The translations under genes and the position numbers were made by a program. From Mycobacteriales bacterium (GTDB lineage: Bacteria; Actinomycetota; Actinomycetes; JAFAQI01), in contig DATAVE010000113.1 in the NCBI GenBank assembly GCA_036267875.1, positions 48,881 through 112,880 of the forward strand: DNA of 64,000 bases, read 5' to 3'. This document shows positions 1 to 9,077 of this stretch, piece after piece. The notes below the pieces were generated by a model. The model ran no database searches and was not told where the DNA came from. It was given only the letters and a program-made list of their open reading frames with translations. Every line of letters starts with the position of its first letter. Within the stretch, counting starts at the first letter, position 1.

Positions 1-1383
1 CGTCTCGAGCGGGTCAACGTCGTACTCGCGAGACAGATGGAAGCCGCGTCGCGCGATCTTCTCGGTCAACACCGATCGCTTCAACACGATCACCGAGACG
101 CCGAACGACACGGTCGCGCCGATCAGCAATGGCAGAATCGCGTCGAAGCGCCCCGTCAGCTCCACTGCGAACACGACCCCGGTGAACGGTGATCGCATCA
201 CGCCGCCGAGCACACCTGCCAGGGCGACCAGCGGCCAGAAGCCGGGTCCGACGGTCGGGAAGATGTGAGCTTCGATCGTGCCGAACGCCCCGCCGATCAT
301 GAACATCGGTGCGAGTACGCCGCCGGAGGTACCGGACCCGAGAGACAACGACCAGATCAGCGTCTTGACGACCAAGATGCCCGCAACGAGCCCCAGGCCG
401 ATCGAACCGGTCAGCTCTGCGTCGATGACGTTGTAGCCGACCCCGAGGGTCTGCGGCACGATCAGCCCGCCGATCCCGATGATCAGTCCGCCGATCGCGG
501 GCCACCACATCCAGTGGATCGGGAGCCGCCGGAAGCCGTCCTCCGAGGCATAGACCAGTGCAGTTGCGATCACGGCGAGCAGGGCTGACCCGATCCCCGT
601 GACGACGCACAAGAGATAACTGACCGTCGTGACGTGCAGCGCGCCGTGCACCGGGAACAGCAAGCCGCCCCCTAGCAGGGGGCGGCGCAGCACGGTCGCG
701 ACCGCGACTGCCGAGGCGACCGGGACGTAGCTGCGTGGTCGCCACTCGAACAACAGCAGCTCGACTGCGAGGAGCACCGCTGCGAGCGGAGTGTTGAACG
801 TCGCGGCCATCCCCGCTGCGGCGCCGCCGACGAGCAGGGTCTTGCGCTCGTCGGCAGTCAGATGAAGGAACTGCGCGAACAGTGATCCGATCGCGCCGCC
901 CGTCATGATGATCGGGCCTTCGGCGCCGAATGGGCCGCCGGTGCCGATCGCGATCGCGGAGGCGACGGGTTTGAGCACTGCGACGCGCGGCTGGATCTTG
1001 CTGCCGCCGATCAGGATGGCCTCGATCGTCTCCGGCATCCCGTGACCGCGAATCCGCTCCGAGCCGTAGCGGGCCATCAGCCCGATGACCAGCCCACCGG
1101 CGACGGGCGCGAGCAGGATCAGCGCAGGGTTGTGGTGATGGCTGTCCGGAGCCACGAGTGGCGTAGCGAGCCGGTGGTAGAACACACCATTCGTGATGAG
1201 GCCGATCAGCCTGAGCAGCGCCCAGGACACGCAGGCGCTCACTGCGCCGATCGGGAGCGCGAGCGCCGCGATCAGAAGCAGGCGTGGTGTGGCGCTGAAA
1301 TCGCCGAGGTGACTGACATCTCTTACCTCAGACGCTGCCTGGTCGAGAGGCTCCGGTGAAGGATCGGCCGCTACCCCGTCCAA
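1..1383 (-). CDS. ClC family chloride channel / H+-Cl- antiporter (3' end runs off the window start)
   Basis: Absent from the ORF track because it is edge-truncated. My own minus-strand translation gives ClC signature motifs GHGMPE, GTGGPFGAEGP, GGVLAPMFMIGGAFG and GVVFAVELTG, plus many TM helices. There is no in-frame ATG/GTG, so the start is tentatively TTG near 1381-1383, overlapping the marR stop. Confidence 0.8.
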   Translation of the reverse strand, partial: MDGVAADPSPEPLDQAASEVRDVSHLGDFSATPRLLLIAALALPIGAVSACVSWALLRLIGLITNGVFYHRLATPLVAPDSHHHNPALILLAPVAGGLVIGLMARYGSERIRGHGMPETIEAILIGGSKIQPRVAVLKPVASAIAIGTGGPFGAEGPIIMTGGAIGSLFAQFLHLTADERKTLLVGGAAAGMAATFNTPLAAVLLAVELLLFEWRPRSYVPVASAVAVATVLRRPLLGGGLLFPVHGALHVTTVSYLLCVVTGIGSALLAVIATALVYASEDGFRRLPIHWMWWPAIGGLIIGIGGLIVPQTLGVGYNVIDAELTGSIGLGLVAGILVVKTLIWSLSLGSGTSGGVLAPMFMIGGAFGTIEAHIFPTVGPGFWPLVALAGVLGGVMRSPFTGVVFAVELTGRFDAILPLLIGATVSFGVSVIVLKRSVLTEKIARRGFHLSREYDVDPLET

Positions 1384-1856
1384 CCTGGCGTCCAATCCTG
1401 CTCGGGCCCCTCGCCCGCAGCCGCGGTGAAGGCTTGCATTGCCTCGACCATCAGGTCGCGACGCTCGGCCGGGATGCGGCGGACGATGCGGGCGATCGCC
1501 GCCTGCCGCCGTGTGGTGACGGCTCGTGCGACAGATCGCCCATCGTCGGTGATCTCCAGCAAGGTTGCGCGGTGGTCGGTGCTGTCCGAAGCCCGGACGA
1601 TCAGGCCCTTTCGCAACAATCGAGTCGCCGTCCGCGTGGCGGTCGAGCTGTTGACTCCGAGTCGCGCTGCGAGATCAGCAACCCGCTGACTGCCGTGATC
1701 GCTCAGTGTGGCGAGCGCGCGGAACTGGACCAGCGTCAGGTCATCCGACTGTTCCGAAACCGACCGTAGGGCGATCCCGACCAAGGCGCGGCTCAAGCCG
1801 AGTGCGGCGTCGGTGAGCTCGTCCGCGACAGGCGGACGGGAGGGTTTGGCTCGCAA
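1371..1856 (-). CDS. MarR family transcriptional regulator
   Basis: 161 aa with a winged-helix MarR core (LVQFRALATLSDHG...VADLAARLGVNSSTATRTATRLLRKGLI...DHRATLLEITDDGR). Directly upstream of the ClC gene on the same strand. Confidence 0.85.
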   Translation of the reverse strand: MRAKPSRPPVADELTDAALGLSRALVGIALRSVSEQSDDLTLVQFRALATLSDHGSQRVADLAARLGVNSSTATRTATRLLRKGLIVRASDSTDHRATLLEITDDGRSVARAVTTRRQAAIARIVRRIPAERRDLMVEAMQAFTAAAGEGPEQDWTPGWTG

Positions 1857-1896
1857 CTACCGCTGCCCGCAGGTTCGGCGTACCGTTGCGAGGGGC

Positions 1897-1917
1897 ATAC
1901 ATGCATTATGCACGTAT
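1897..1917. promoter_or_regulatory. Candidate MarR operator: 21-bp near-perfect palindrome ATACATGCAT-T-ATGCACGTAT
   Basis: The arms match 9/10 and the core TGCAT-T-ATGCA is perfect. It lies in the divergent intergenic region between the marR start (1856) and the small plus-strand ORF. Confidence 0.45.
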
Positions 1918-1933
1918 TGAGGAGAGGCGGTCG

Positions 1934-2158
1934 ATGATGGACCCGCTGCTGGCCGTGATCGTGGTGTTTGCAGGCGTGTTCCTTGCGGTTTCGCTCTACA
2001 TGGAGTGGCTGGGGCTGGCCAGCGTCGCGAGCTCTCGAAGCGGACCGCGCCACGCTGGTTGCGGCCACACGAAGCTGACGCCGGCGAACGATGGGGACCT
2101 CTGCTGGCGGTGCCGTCACCATCACGTCGACGAGGCGCTGCACCGGCTGCATCACTGA
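1934..2158 (+). CDS. Hypothetical small membrane protein with Cys/His-rich C-terminal tail
   Basis: The ATG at 1934 gives MMDPLLAVIVVFAGVFLAVSLYMEWLGL (one TM helix) followed by CGH...CWRCRHHH. It is divergent from marR, and the track ORF begins at a TTG further upstream. Coding status is uncertain. Confidence 0.3.
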   Translation: MMDPLLAVIVVFAGVFLAVSLYMEWLGLASVASSRSGPRHAGCGHTKLTPANDGDLCWRCRHHHVDEALHRLHH

Positions 2159-2166
2159 CCGCTTGG

Positions 2167-2967
2167 CTACGTGTCGAGGCTCAGACCCGGCAGCGTTGCG
2201 GAGTGCGCGGACATGCCGCCGTCGATGACGATCGTCTGACCGGTGATGTAGAGCGACTCGTCGGAGGCCAGGAAGCGGACTAGCGCGGCCACGTCGCGCG
2301 GGCCTCCGACGAACGGCGTGAGCGTCTTCGCGGTGTAGTGGGCGAGCATGTCGGCCGGGATGCCGGCGCGCGCTGCGTCTGTGAGGATGAGCCCTGGGAC
2401 GATCGTGTTCGCGCGTACGCCGGAGCGGCCGTACTGCGTCGCGATCGAGCGGGTCAGCGACTCGATCCCGGCCTTCGACGCGCTGTAGGCCGTACGGATC
2501 AGGTCGCCCTTCATCGCGGCGCCCGACGACATGTTGATGATCGATCCACGTCCGCCGCGGAGCATGTGCGGCACAACGTGCTTGGCCATCAGGAACTGGC
2601 TGCGCAGGTTGACCGAGAACATTCGGTCCCAGACGTCGGCGTCTATCGCCGCGACCTCGATGTCCTCGGCGAGTACGCCTGAGTCGGTCAGCGCGGCATT
2701 GTTGTCGAGGATGTCGATCGAGCCGTACTGCTCGACTGTCGCCGACACCAGCGCGAGGATGCTTGCCTCCTCGGCAAGATCAACTGCAATCGCTGTTGCC
2801 TCACCGCCGGTGGCTTTCACGGAGTTAGCCACTGCGTGTGCGCCGGGCTCGTCGATGTCCGCGATGACGACGGATGCACCCTCGGCGGCGAGGTTGGCGA
2901 CGACACCGGCGCCTATCCCGCGAGCGCCACCGGTCACGATGGCGACTCGACCGTCCAGAGAGCTCAC
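2167..2967 (-). CDS. SDR family NAD(P)-dependent oxidoreductase (3-oxoacyl-ACP reductase-like)
   Basis: TGGARGIG glycine-rich NAD(P)-binding motif, NNAA, and an S...YxASK catalytic region. 266 aa. Confidence 0.9.
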   Translation of the reverse strand: MSSLDGRVAIVTGGARGIGAGVVANLAAEGASVVIADIDEPGAHAVANSVKATGGEATAIAVDLAEEASILALVSATVEQYGSIDILDNNAALTDSGVLAEDIEVAAIDADVWDRMFSVNLRSQFLMAKHVVPHMLRGGRGSIINMSSGAAMKGDLIRTAYSASKAGIESLTRSIATQYGRSGVRANTIVPGLILTDAARAGIPADMLAHYTAKTLTPFVGGPRDVAALVRFLASDESLYITGQTIVIDGGMSAHSATLPGLSLDT

Positions 2968-3953
2968 AGCTTGCCGATGTCCCGCAACCAGGCGACGAAG
3001 CGCGTCATGCCCTCGGTGATGCTGACCGGCTGATAGCCGAGTGCGGAGTGGGTCAGGCTCTCGCCCTCGCTCGGTTTGCGGGTCCTGCCCGCCGCGGCCT
3101 CCGCGATCGCGTAGAGGGTCGGCCCGAACATCTCGAGCTCCTCGGGCGATGCGGTGCGGTGATCGAGGTCGACCACGCGGTGCTCGACGCCCGCGAGCTC
3201 GCAGGCGACGTTGCAGCCCTCCGCCGTACTCAGCTCGTCCTCGGGCCGGCCGGTCAGCCAGTAGCGCGCGCCCGCCACACCTTTGTCGAGCGCGGCGATG
3301 GATCCCGACGCGACGTCGCCGCCGGCGACCCAGGTGACCGGGAAGCGGAGGTACGCCGTGATCTTGCCGCGGATGGCCGCGAGCAGGACGCGGTTGAAGC
3401 TGGTGCGGTGTAGGGCCCGGTCGACGACCAGCCCGGGTCCGTAGATAGCGCCGGGGTGACAGGTCAATGCGTCGTCGCCTGCCTCGGCACGACGGTGGAC
3501 CTCGCGGAACGCCTCGAGCTTGGTGACGGTGTAGGGATCGTCAGGTGGATTGTCGAGGACATGCGCGAGCTCGCGCGGTCCTGGCGCTGACATGTCGAAG
3601 AACGTGCCGGTGCTCAGCGCAACGACACGACGCATCCCGTGGGCCTGGGCGGCGTCGAGGACGTTGACCGTGCCGTCGTAGTTGACCGCCCGGAAGTCGT
3701 TGATGTCCTGGCTGGAGCCACCGAGCAACGCCGCGCTGTGAATAGCGGCATCACAGCCCTTCGATGCGCGACGGACGTCATCTGCGTCGGTGATGTCGCC
3801 TTGCACCAACTCGACCCCGATGGCCGCGAGAGCGGTGGCCTCGTCCGGGTTGCGGACAAGCGCCTTGACCTCGTCACCGCGCTCGATCAGCTGTTCGCAG
3901 AGATTGGCGCCGGTCTGCCCGGTTCCCCCCGTGACGAAGACCGTGCTGCTCAT
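2964..3953 (-). CDS. NAD-dependent epimerase/dehydratase family protein (NmrA-like atypical SDR)
   Basis: The track ORF (to 4301) is 5'-over-extended and Arg-rich. The real start is MSSTVFVTGGTGQTGANL at 3953 (TGGTG Rossmann motif), which forms a 4-nt overlap with the upstream CMD gene stop. Confidence 0.8.
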   Translation of the reverse strand: MSSTVFVTGGTGQTGANLCEQLIERGDEVKALVRNPDEATALAAIGVELVQGDITDADDVRRASKGCDAAIHSAALLGGSSQDINDFRAVNYDGTVNVLDAAQAHGMRRVVALSTGTFFDMSAPGPRELAHVLDNPPDDPYTVTKLEAFREVHRRAEAGDDALTCHPGAIYGPGLVVDRALHRTSFNRVLLAAIRGKITAYLRFPVTWVAGGDVASGSIAALDKGVAGARYWLTGRPEDELSTAEGCNVACELAGVEHRVVDLDHRTASPEELEMFGPTLYAIAEAAAGRTRKPSEGESLTHSALGYQPVSITEGMTRFVAWLRDIGKL

Positions 3954-4534
3954 ACGGTGACGGGGCTCGCTTCGTGACGGCTGTCGATCTGGTCGGGGGA
4001 GAACGGAAGCGCCGGCTCCGCCGTACCGAAGATGTCGAGGGTGTGCACGAAGCGGTGCGTGCCCATCATCTCGGCGCAGGAGAAGCCGAGCTCGACGATC
4101 TGCGCCGTGGTGAACACCTCGGACAGCGACTTGTAGAACTCCGCGTCGAGCGCGTGGTGGTCGGCCGAGAGCAGGTCGAGGAACTCCAGCGCCATCCGCT
4201 CCTGCGGGTCCATGCCGCTGCGGTCCTCGGTGATCAGGCATGCCGTCACGTCGTCGTCGGTGATCGAGTCGTGCTTGCGCGACTGCATACACGGCTGGCA
4301 CTCGCCGAGCTGCGCACTGCGGATTCGCAGCAGCTCGAGGATGCGCCCGCCGAGCAGGTTGCCGGCTCCCATCACCAGTCGCTTCGCGTGTGTCGCCTCG
4401 AGACGCTGGCTGTTGTAGGCAAACACCTGAAGGGGCAACGTGGTCGCATAGAGACCGTCGGCGTAGCCGCCTTCGATGATCTCGCGTGAACGCGGCGGAA
4501 GGTCTTCGATCGGGATCGGCTCGATGATCGGCAT
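3950..4534 (-). CDS. Carboxymuconolactone decarboxylase family protein (AhpD-like fold)
   Basis: 194 aa resembling the CMD/AhpD family (C..C..H region QLGECQPCMQSRKH). Translationally coupled to the downstream epimerase. Confidence 0.7.
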   Translation of the reverse strand: MPIIEPIPIEDLPPRSREIIEGGYADGLYATTLPLQVFAYNSQRLEATHAKRLVMGAGNLLGGRILELLRIRSAQLGECQPCMQSRKHDSITDDDVTACLITEDRSGMDPQERMALEFLDLLSADHHALDAEFYKSLSEVFTTAQIVELGFSCAEMMGTHRFVHTLDIFGTAEPALPFSPDQIDSRHEASPVTV

Positions 4535-4585
4535 GGCAGAACCTCCGCGGCGACTATGACGTGAGTGTCAGGTTAGCCAAACATC

Positions 4586-5614
4586 TCAGGCGTTCGTTGT
4601 GCCCGTAAGAACCTCTGCGCTATTCGGCATCTTCGAGCGGGATGAGTCGATGAGCACGGGGGAGCCGGGGACGTGCTCGAGCGGCCCGGCAGCGCCGTCG
4701 CTGTCAGGGTCGAACGAGTGGAGAAGCGCGGCCGCGAGTGCATCAGGTCGGTCGTTCTGCAGGTAGTGGCCAGCATCCGGCACGAGATAGATGCGGTTGC
4801 GGCCGGGCTTGAGCATCAGGAAGTCGTCCCAGGAGTGCAGCGGTACGCGGGGAGGGGCGACTGTGTCGTTCATGCCCCAGATCACGGTTGTGGGCACGTC
4901 CGTCGTACCGAGCGCCTCGAGCCACTCGGTCTCGTGTTCGGACCGCTCGACGAGGTACTGCACGGTCTCGGGCAGCACCTGCATACCGTCGGCGTGGGCG
5001 AACGTCGCGGCGAGCGCGGCGATCTCGGGATCCGCCCCATCCCGAGGCGGTGAGAACGTCGCCTGCCCCATCCCGACCGCGAGCATGTCCGCGGTCACCA
5101 CCTCGAGCACGGAGGCAGCGGTTTCGGGGTTGAGGATCAGTCGCTGGAAGTCGGTGAGGTTCGACAGCGGCAGGAAGATGTTGCCGTTCGTGAGGACCAG
5201 GTGATCGACATGCGTCCTGGTCTTGCCGGCGACATCGTTGAGCGTGTGAAGCAGCGAGACGCTCGTACCTCTGTCGTGGGAGACCACGATGGCCGAGCCG
5301 ATGCCGAGGATCTCCGCGAGGTAGTGGTCGAGCAGGTGCGCGTCGCGCCCGAGGCTGTAGCCCCAGCCCTTCGGTTTGTCGGAGAACCCGTATCCCGGGA
5401 AGTCGAGCGCGCAGATGTAGTAGCGGTCGCTGAGCAGATCGACCAGCGCCTGCCAGTCGGCGCTGCAGGTCGGGAAGCCGTGCACCAGCAACAGCGGGGG
5501 ATTGGCCAGATCTCCGGCCTCGACGTGAAACACCTCGACCGGAGCGACGTCATCGCCCGGTGTCCATGAGAAGTAGGAGCCAAGATTGCGCCACTGCGCC
5601 GCGAGGTCGGTCAC
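4586..5614 (-). CDS. Alpha/beta hydrolase (epoxide hydrolase / haloalkane dehalogenase-like)
   Basis: LLLVHGFPTCSADW oxyanion/HGxP motif, VSHDRG nucleophile elbow (Asp nucleophile type), and a C-terminal GHYLQNDRP His motif. Confidence 0.8.
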   Translation of the reverse strand: MTDLAAQWRNLGSYFSWTPGDDVAPVEVFHVEAGDLANPPLLLVHGFPTCSADWQALVDLLSDRYYICALDFPGYGFSDKPKGWGYSLGRDAHLLDHYLAEILGIGSAIVVSHDRGTSVSLLHTLNDVAGKTRTHVDHLVLTNGNIFLPLSNLTDFQRLILNPETAASVLEVVTADMLAVGMGQATFSPPRDGADPEIAALAATFAHADGMQVLPETVQYLVERSEHETEWLEALGTTDVPTTVIWGMNDTVAPPRVPLHSWDDFLMLKPGRNRIYLVPDAGHYLQNDRPDALAAALLHSFDPDSDGAAGPLEHVPGSPVLIDSSRSKMPNSAEVLTGTTNA

Positions 5615-5663
5615 CTGGGCAGCGTATGAGGAGGCGGGGTTGCTCGCGACTGGCTACGGGCAG

Positions 5664-6749
5664 ATGTTGGAGATGGATACCTGGACCCTCCGCTCGTACG
5701 GTGACGTGCCCGCGCCCTCGTCGTACCAGCCTCCCGCGCTGCCGTCAGCCCGCGGCCCGGTGACCGAGTGGCTGCTCGACGTACTGGTCCAGCCGCCGCA
5801 CGACTGCGGTAGGCCGCCGGCGGTCGCCGACGACCCGATCACCGGCGAGGACAGCGCGCTAGCGCTCTATCTCATGTACGAGCTGCACTACCGCGGGCTC
5901 GCGGGCGTGGTCGACGAGTGGGAGTGGGAGCCGTCGTTGCTCGCCGCCCGACGAACGTTCGAGGCGGCGTTCCTCGATGCGCTCGGCCAGCAGGTGCCGA
6001 TGCCTCCGGTGCCGATCGACATCGCAGACGCCTTGCGCGCCCGGACCGATTCCGGCTCTGATGACGGGCCGTCGTTGTCCAACTATTGCGAGTTCGAAGC
6101 CTCTGAGACCCAGCTCCGGGAGGTGTGTGTCCACCGCAGCGCTTGGCAGCTGAAGGAGGCCGATCCGCACACCTGGGCCCTGCCGAGGCTCGGTGGTCGC
6201 CCGAAGGCCGCATTGGCAAAGATTCAAGGGGGCGAGTACGGCGATGGCGAGGAGCGCGACGTCCATCAGAATCTCTTTGCGCTGACGTTGTCGCTGCTCG
6301 ATCTCGATCCGCAGTACGGCGCGTATCTGGACTACCTACCTGGTGTGACACTCGCGTCCGTCAATCTCGTATCGGTGTTTGGTCTGCATCGGCGGTGGGT
6401 GGCGGCGTTGGTCGGGCATCTTGCCGCCTTTGAGATGAGCTCGGTCACTCCGATGGCTGCCTACTCTGCCGGGTTGCGGCGGCTCGGCTACTCACAGGAC
6501 GCGTGTCACTTCTTCGACACCCACGTCGTCGCCGACGCCCACCATCAGCAGCTCGCCGCGGACGAGCTGGCCGCGGGCCTGGTCGAGCAGCAACCTCGTG
6601 CCGGTGCCGAGATCTTGTGGGGCGCCGACTGCATGGGCTGGATCGAGGGCCAGCTCAGCGACCATGTGCTTGGCGCGTGGCAGGACCATCGCTCGTCATT
6701 GCGTCGTCCGCTCGCGACAACCTTTCTCAGGTCGGCGGCGTTCTCTTAG
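5664..6749 (+). CDS. Iron-containing redox enzyme family protein (heme-oxygenase-like diiron oxidase/oxygenase fold, HDO)
   Basis: All-helical protein with paired E...H / E..H candidate metal ligands (LMYELHYRG, EYGDGEERDVHQ, HLAAFEMSS, HVVADAHHQ) typical of the pfam14518-like family. Start chosen at M27 (5664), because the track start at 5586 would overlap the divergent hydrolase. Confidence 0.6.
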   Translation: MLEMDTWTLRSYGDVPAPSSYQPPALPSARGPVTEWLLDVLVQPPHDCGRPPAVADDPITGEDSALALYLMYELHYRGLAGVVDEWEWEPSLLAARRTFEAAFLDALGQQVPMPPVPIDIADALRARTDSGSDDGPSLSNYCEFEASETQLREVCVHRSAWQLKEADPHTWALPRLGGRPKAALAKIQGGEYGDGEERDVHQNLFALTLSLLDLDPQYGAYLDYLPGVTLASVNLVSVFGLHRRWVAALVGHLAAFEMSSVTPMAAYSAGLRRLGYSQDACHFFDTHVVADAHHQQLAADELAAGLVEQQPRAGAEILWGADCMGWIEGQLSDHVLGAWQDHRSSLRRPLATTFLRSAAFS

Positions 6750-6762
6750 GTGTGACACCAGA

Positions 6763-7284
6763 GTGCTGTCGGTGATCCCGACGCCGGAGCGACGGGCGTT
6801 CGAGGCCTTCGTCGGTGAGTCCTCCACCCGCCTCGTTCGTACGGCGTATCTGCTGTGCGGCGATCGAGGGCACGCCGAGGACCTGGTCCAGACCGCGTTG
6901 CTGCGTACCGCTCGTCATTGGCGCGCCGCACGGCGGCAGCCCCACGCCTATGCGCGTGCCGTCGTCGTCAACCTCGCGAAGGATCGCTGGCGCGCGCTCG
7001 ACCGGCGGGTGCCCGAGGTCTCGCTGGCTGCGTCGGTCGACCTTGCTACGGCTTGTGATGGGACGGCCGACCTGCTCGACCGGCATGCCATGGTCGCAGC
7101 GTTCGCCGGGCTTCCCGAGGGACAGCGAACCGTGCTGGTGCTCCGCTTCTTCGAAGACCTCTCGGTCGAGGACACCGCCAAGGCGATCGGCTGCACGACC
7201 GGAACCGTCAAGTCTCAGACCTCGCGAGCGCTCGTCGCGCTCCGCGCAATCCTCGACACCAAGGAGACCTCGCATGCTCACTGA
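6763..7284 (+). CDS. ECF (sigma-70 family) RNA polymerase sigma factor
   Basis: Region 2 (HAEDLVQTALLRTARHWR) and region 4 HTH (LPEGQRTVLVLRFFEDLSVEDTAKAIGCTTGTVKSQTSRALVALR). GTG start at 6763, 13 nt after the HDO stop. The track ORF from 6598 overlaps the upstream gene. Confidence 0.85.
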   Translation: MLSVIPTPERRAFEAFVGESSTRLVRTAYLLCGDRGHAEDLVQTALLRTARHWRAARRQPHAYARAVVVNLAKDRWRALDRRVPEVSLAASVDLATACDGTADLLDRHAMVAAFAGLPEGQRTVLVLRFFEDLSVEDTAKAIGCTTGTVKSQTSRALVALRAILDTKETSHAH

Positions 7285-7843
7285 TGACCAACTGACCCGA
7301 GAGCTTGCCGACGTGTTCCACGCGACGACCCACGGCTTGGCCTACGACGGGCGAGTGCCGAAGGGTCCACGTACGCCGATGTACGTCGCGCCGGCTGTCG
7401 CGGTGGTCGGCGCCGCGGCGCTGGCGGTCGTCGCGACTTCGGGCGGTGACCGCCCTGGCCAAATGCAGGTCCACAGCGGCTTGCAGCCGTACGTCGCCGG
7501 GCCGCAGCACACCGCGCACCCGCACCTGAAGCTCGTCACCCGCAAGATTCGGCTCGCTGGATTCACGATGAGCTACACCGAGCCCTCTGTCGACCACCCG
7601 ATGGTCGCGACTGTCATCACCTCGGTGCCCGCATCGGCCGAGTCGGTTCAAGGTGACGACGCGACGACGCAGTACTGGATCGGCGTGGACCCGTCGACCG
7701 GATGGGAGACCGGCTACGTCGTGACCGCGGACGGCTTCAAGATGTCGATCGGCTCGGCCGACGCGACTCGCGATGAGCTGCTCGCGATGTTCCAGGGTGC
7801 CGAGCCGCAGATGGTCCCGCTGGTGGGTGCGAGCAACAGCTAG
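7274..7843 (+). CDS. Putative anti-sigma factor / single-pass membrane protein (no zinc-binding anti-sigma motif)
   Basis: ATG at 7274 preceded by AAGGAG, overlapping the sigma stop by 11 nt. It has a short cytoplasmic N-terminus, one TM helix (VAPAVAVVGAAALAVVATS) and an extracytoplasmic domain of about 140 aa. This is the typical sigma/anti-sigma arrangement. Confidence 0.6.
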   Translation: MLTDDQLTRELADVFHATTHGLAYDGRVPKGPRTPMYVAPAVAVVGAAALAVVATSGGDRPGQMQVHSGLQPYVAGPQHTAHPHLKLVTRKIRLAGFTMSYTEPSVDHPMVATVITSVPASAESVQGDDATTQYWIGVDPSTGWETGYVVTADGFKMSIGSADATRDELLAMFQGAEPQMVPLVGASNS

Positions 7844-7940
7844 TTGTCAAGATCGAATCTGGTTCTGCGGACAAGATTTCTGGTTTATTTGCAACGAATC
7901 CGGCCCCGATTCTGTCGTAGGTCGGTCGTAGGTTCCCTAC

Positions 7941-9077
7941 ATGCGGGACACGGCGATCGATCTGCTCGATGCAGCGATCGATGCCCTCGCGGCTGAGGAT
8001 CGTCACGGCCTGCCCGACCGTGTTCTGCTGGATCGCCACGCCCAGCTGTTGCGAGCGAAGCGCCGTCTGGATGGGATCGGCGCCGAAGACCTGCAGATCA
8101 TCGACCGTCGCCACGCCACCACAGCGGAGTGCGGTCGGTCGACGCGTGGTTGGTTGGTCGAGGAGCAGCTGCTTTCACCTGGCGAGGCGGTGTCGAAGCT
8201 GCGGGTTGCCCGCGCCGGGAGCACCCGCCCGGCCGTGATCGAGGCGATGCGCGACGGGGAAATCTCTCATTCCCACGCCACCGCGATCATGAGCTTCCTA
8301 CTCAAGCTCGACGCGGACACCCGCGAGGTCGCGGAGCGGGAGCTGGTCAAGGTCGCGAAGGTCAGCGACCCGGGAACGTTGAACCGGACGCTTCGTGAGA
8401 TGACCGACCGGCTGTGCCTGGATGAGACCGCCGAGGAACGCGCGGCGCGTCAGTACGAAGGCCGCTGGCTGAAGCTGACTGAGACCTTCCAGGGAATGAC
8501 CCGGTTCGAAGCGATGCGCGGCCCGGTCCAATCCGCAGTCGTTCGGACCGCGCTCACCTCGCTGTCCGGCAAGAACGGTGAGCTCGATGATCGGCACATC
8601 GGGAAGCGTCGCGCCGACGCGCTCGTCGAGCTCGCCCGGATGGCCATGAACGCCGGTGGGCTTCCCGAGACAGCAGGTGAGCCGACCCAGTGCGTGGTCG
8701 CGACCGATCTCGAGGACCTCAGGCGTGACCTTCAGCCCGGTGACGCCACGCGGTCGATCGTCCTTGCCGCGACTGCCTCACCGGGCACAGGTTGAGCACT
8801 CGCGGCGCAACACTAAGGAGCGCCCGAGCGCAACGAGCCCGGGTACGCAACGCCCGTGGGCGCGACCCGTTGCGCCGTGAGCGCTCAGCCGGCGTCCTCG
8901 CGACACCATGAAGACCACTGGGCCAGAGGCGGCCGTACCGATCTCGCCAACGGCATCTACCTGTGCGCCCACCACCACTGTGCGCCCACCACACGACCTG
9001 GGCCTTCACTCGCAACAAAGCCGGCCAAGTCGAGATCCGAAGAACCTAGAGCCAAGCAAGCACTGACTCGCGCCTGA
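7941..9077 (+). pseudogene. Decayed DUF222/HNH endonuclease (13E12-repeat family) gene
   Basis: The N-terminal DUF222-like 284-aa ORF ends at a TGA (8793-8795), followed by an in-frame TAA at 8814. In the same frame downstream is a degenerate HNH motif (HWARGGRTDLANGIYLCAHHH) that has lost its first Cys pair. The central part looks deleted. Confidence 0.65.

Noticed and set aside
14-745. 243-aa minus-strand ORF, extremely Arg-rich
   Set aside because: Wrong frame. The same DNA on the minus strand in another frame encodes a clean ClC channel with signature motifs, so this is a GC-rich artefact.
1042-1769. Plus-strand ORFs 1042-1359, 1356-1769 and 1426-1689
   Set aside because: Antisense to the ClC channel and MarR genes. 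Arg-rich with no motifs.
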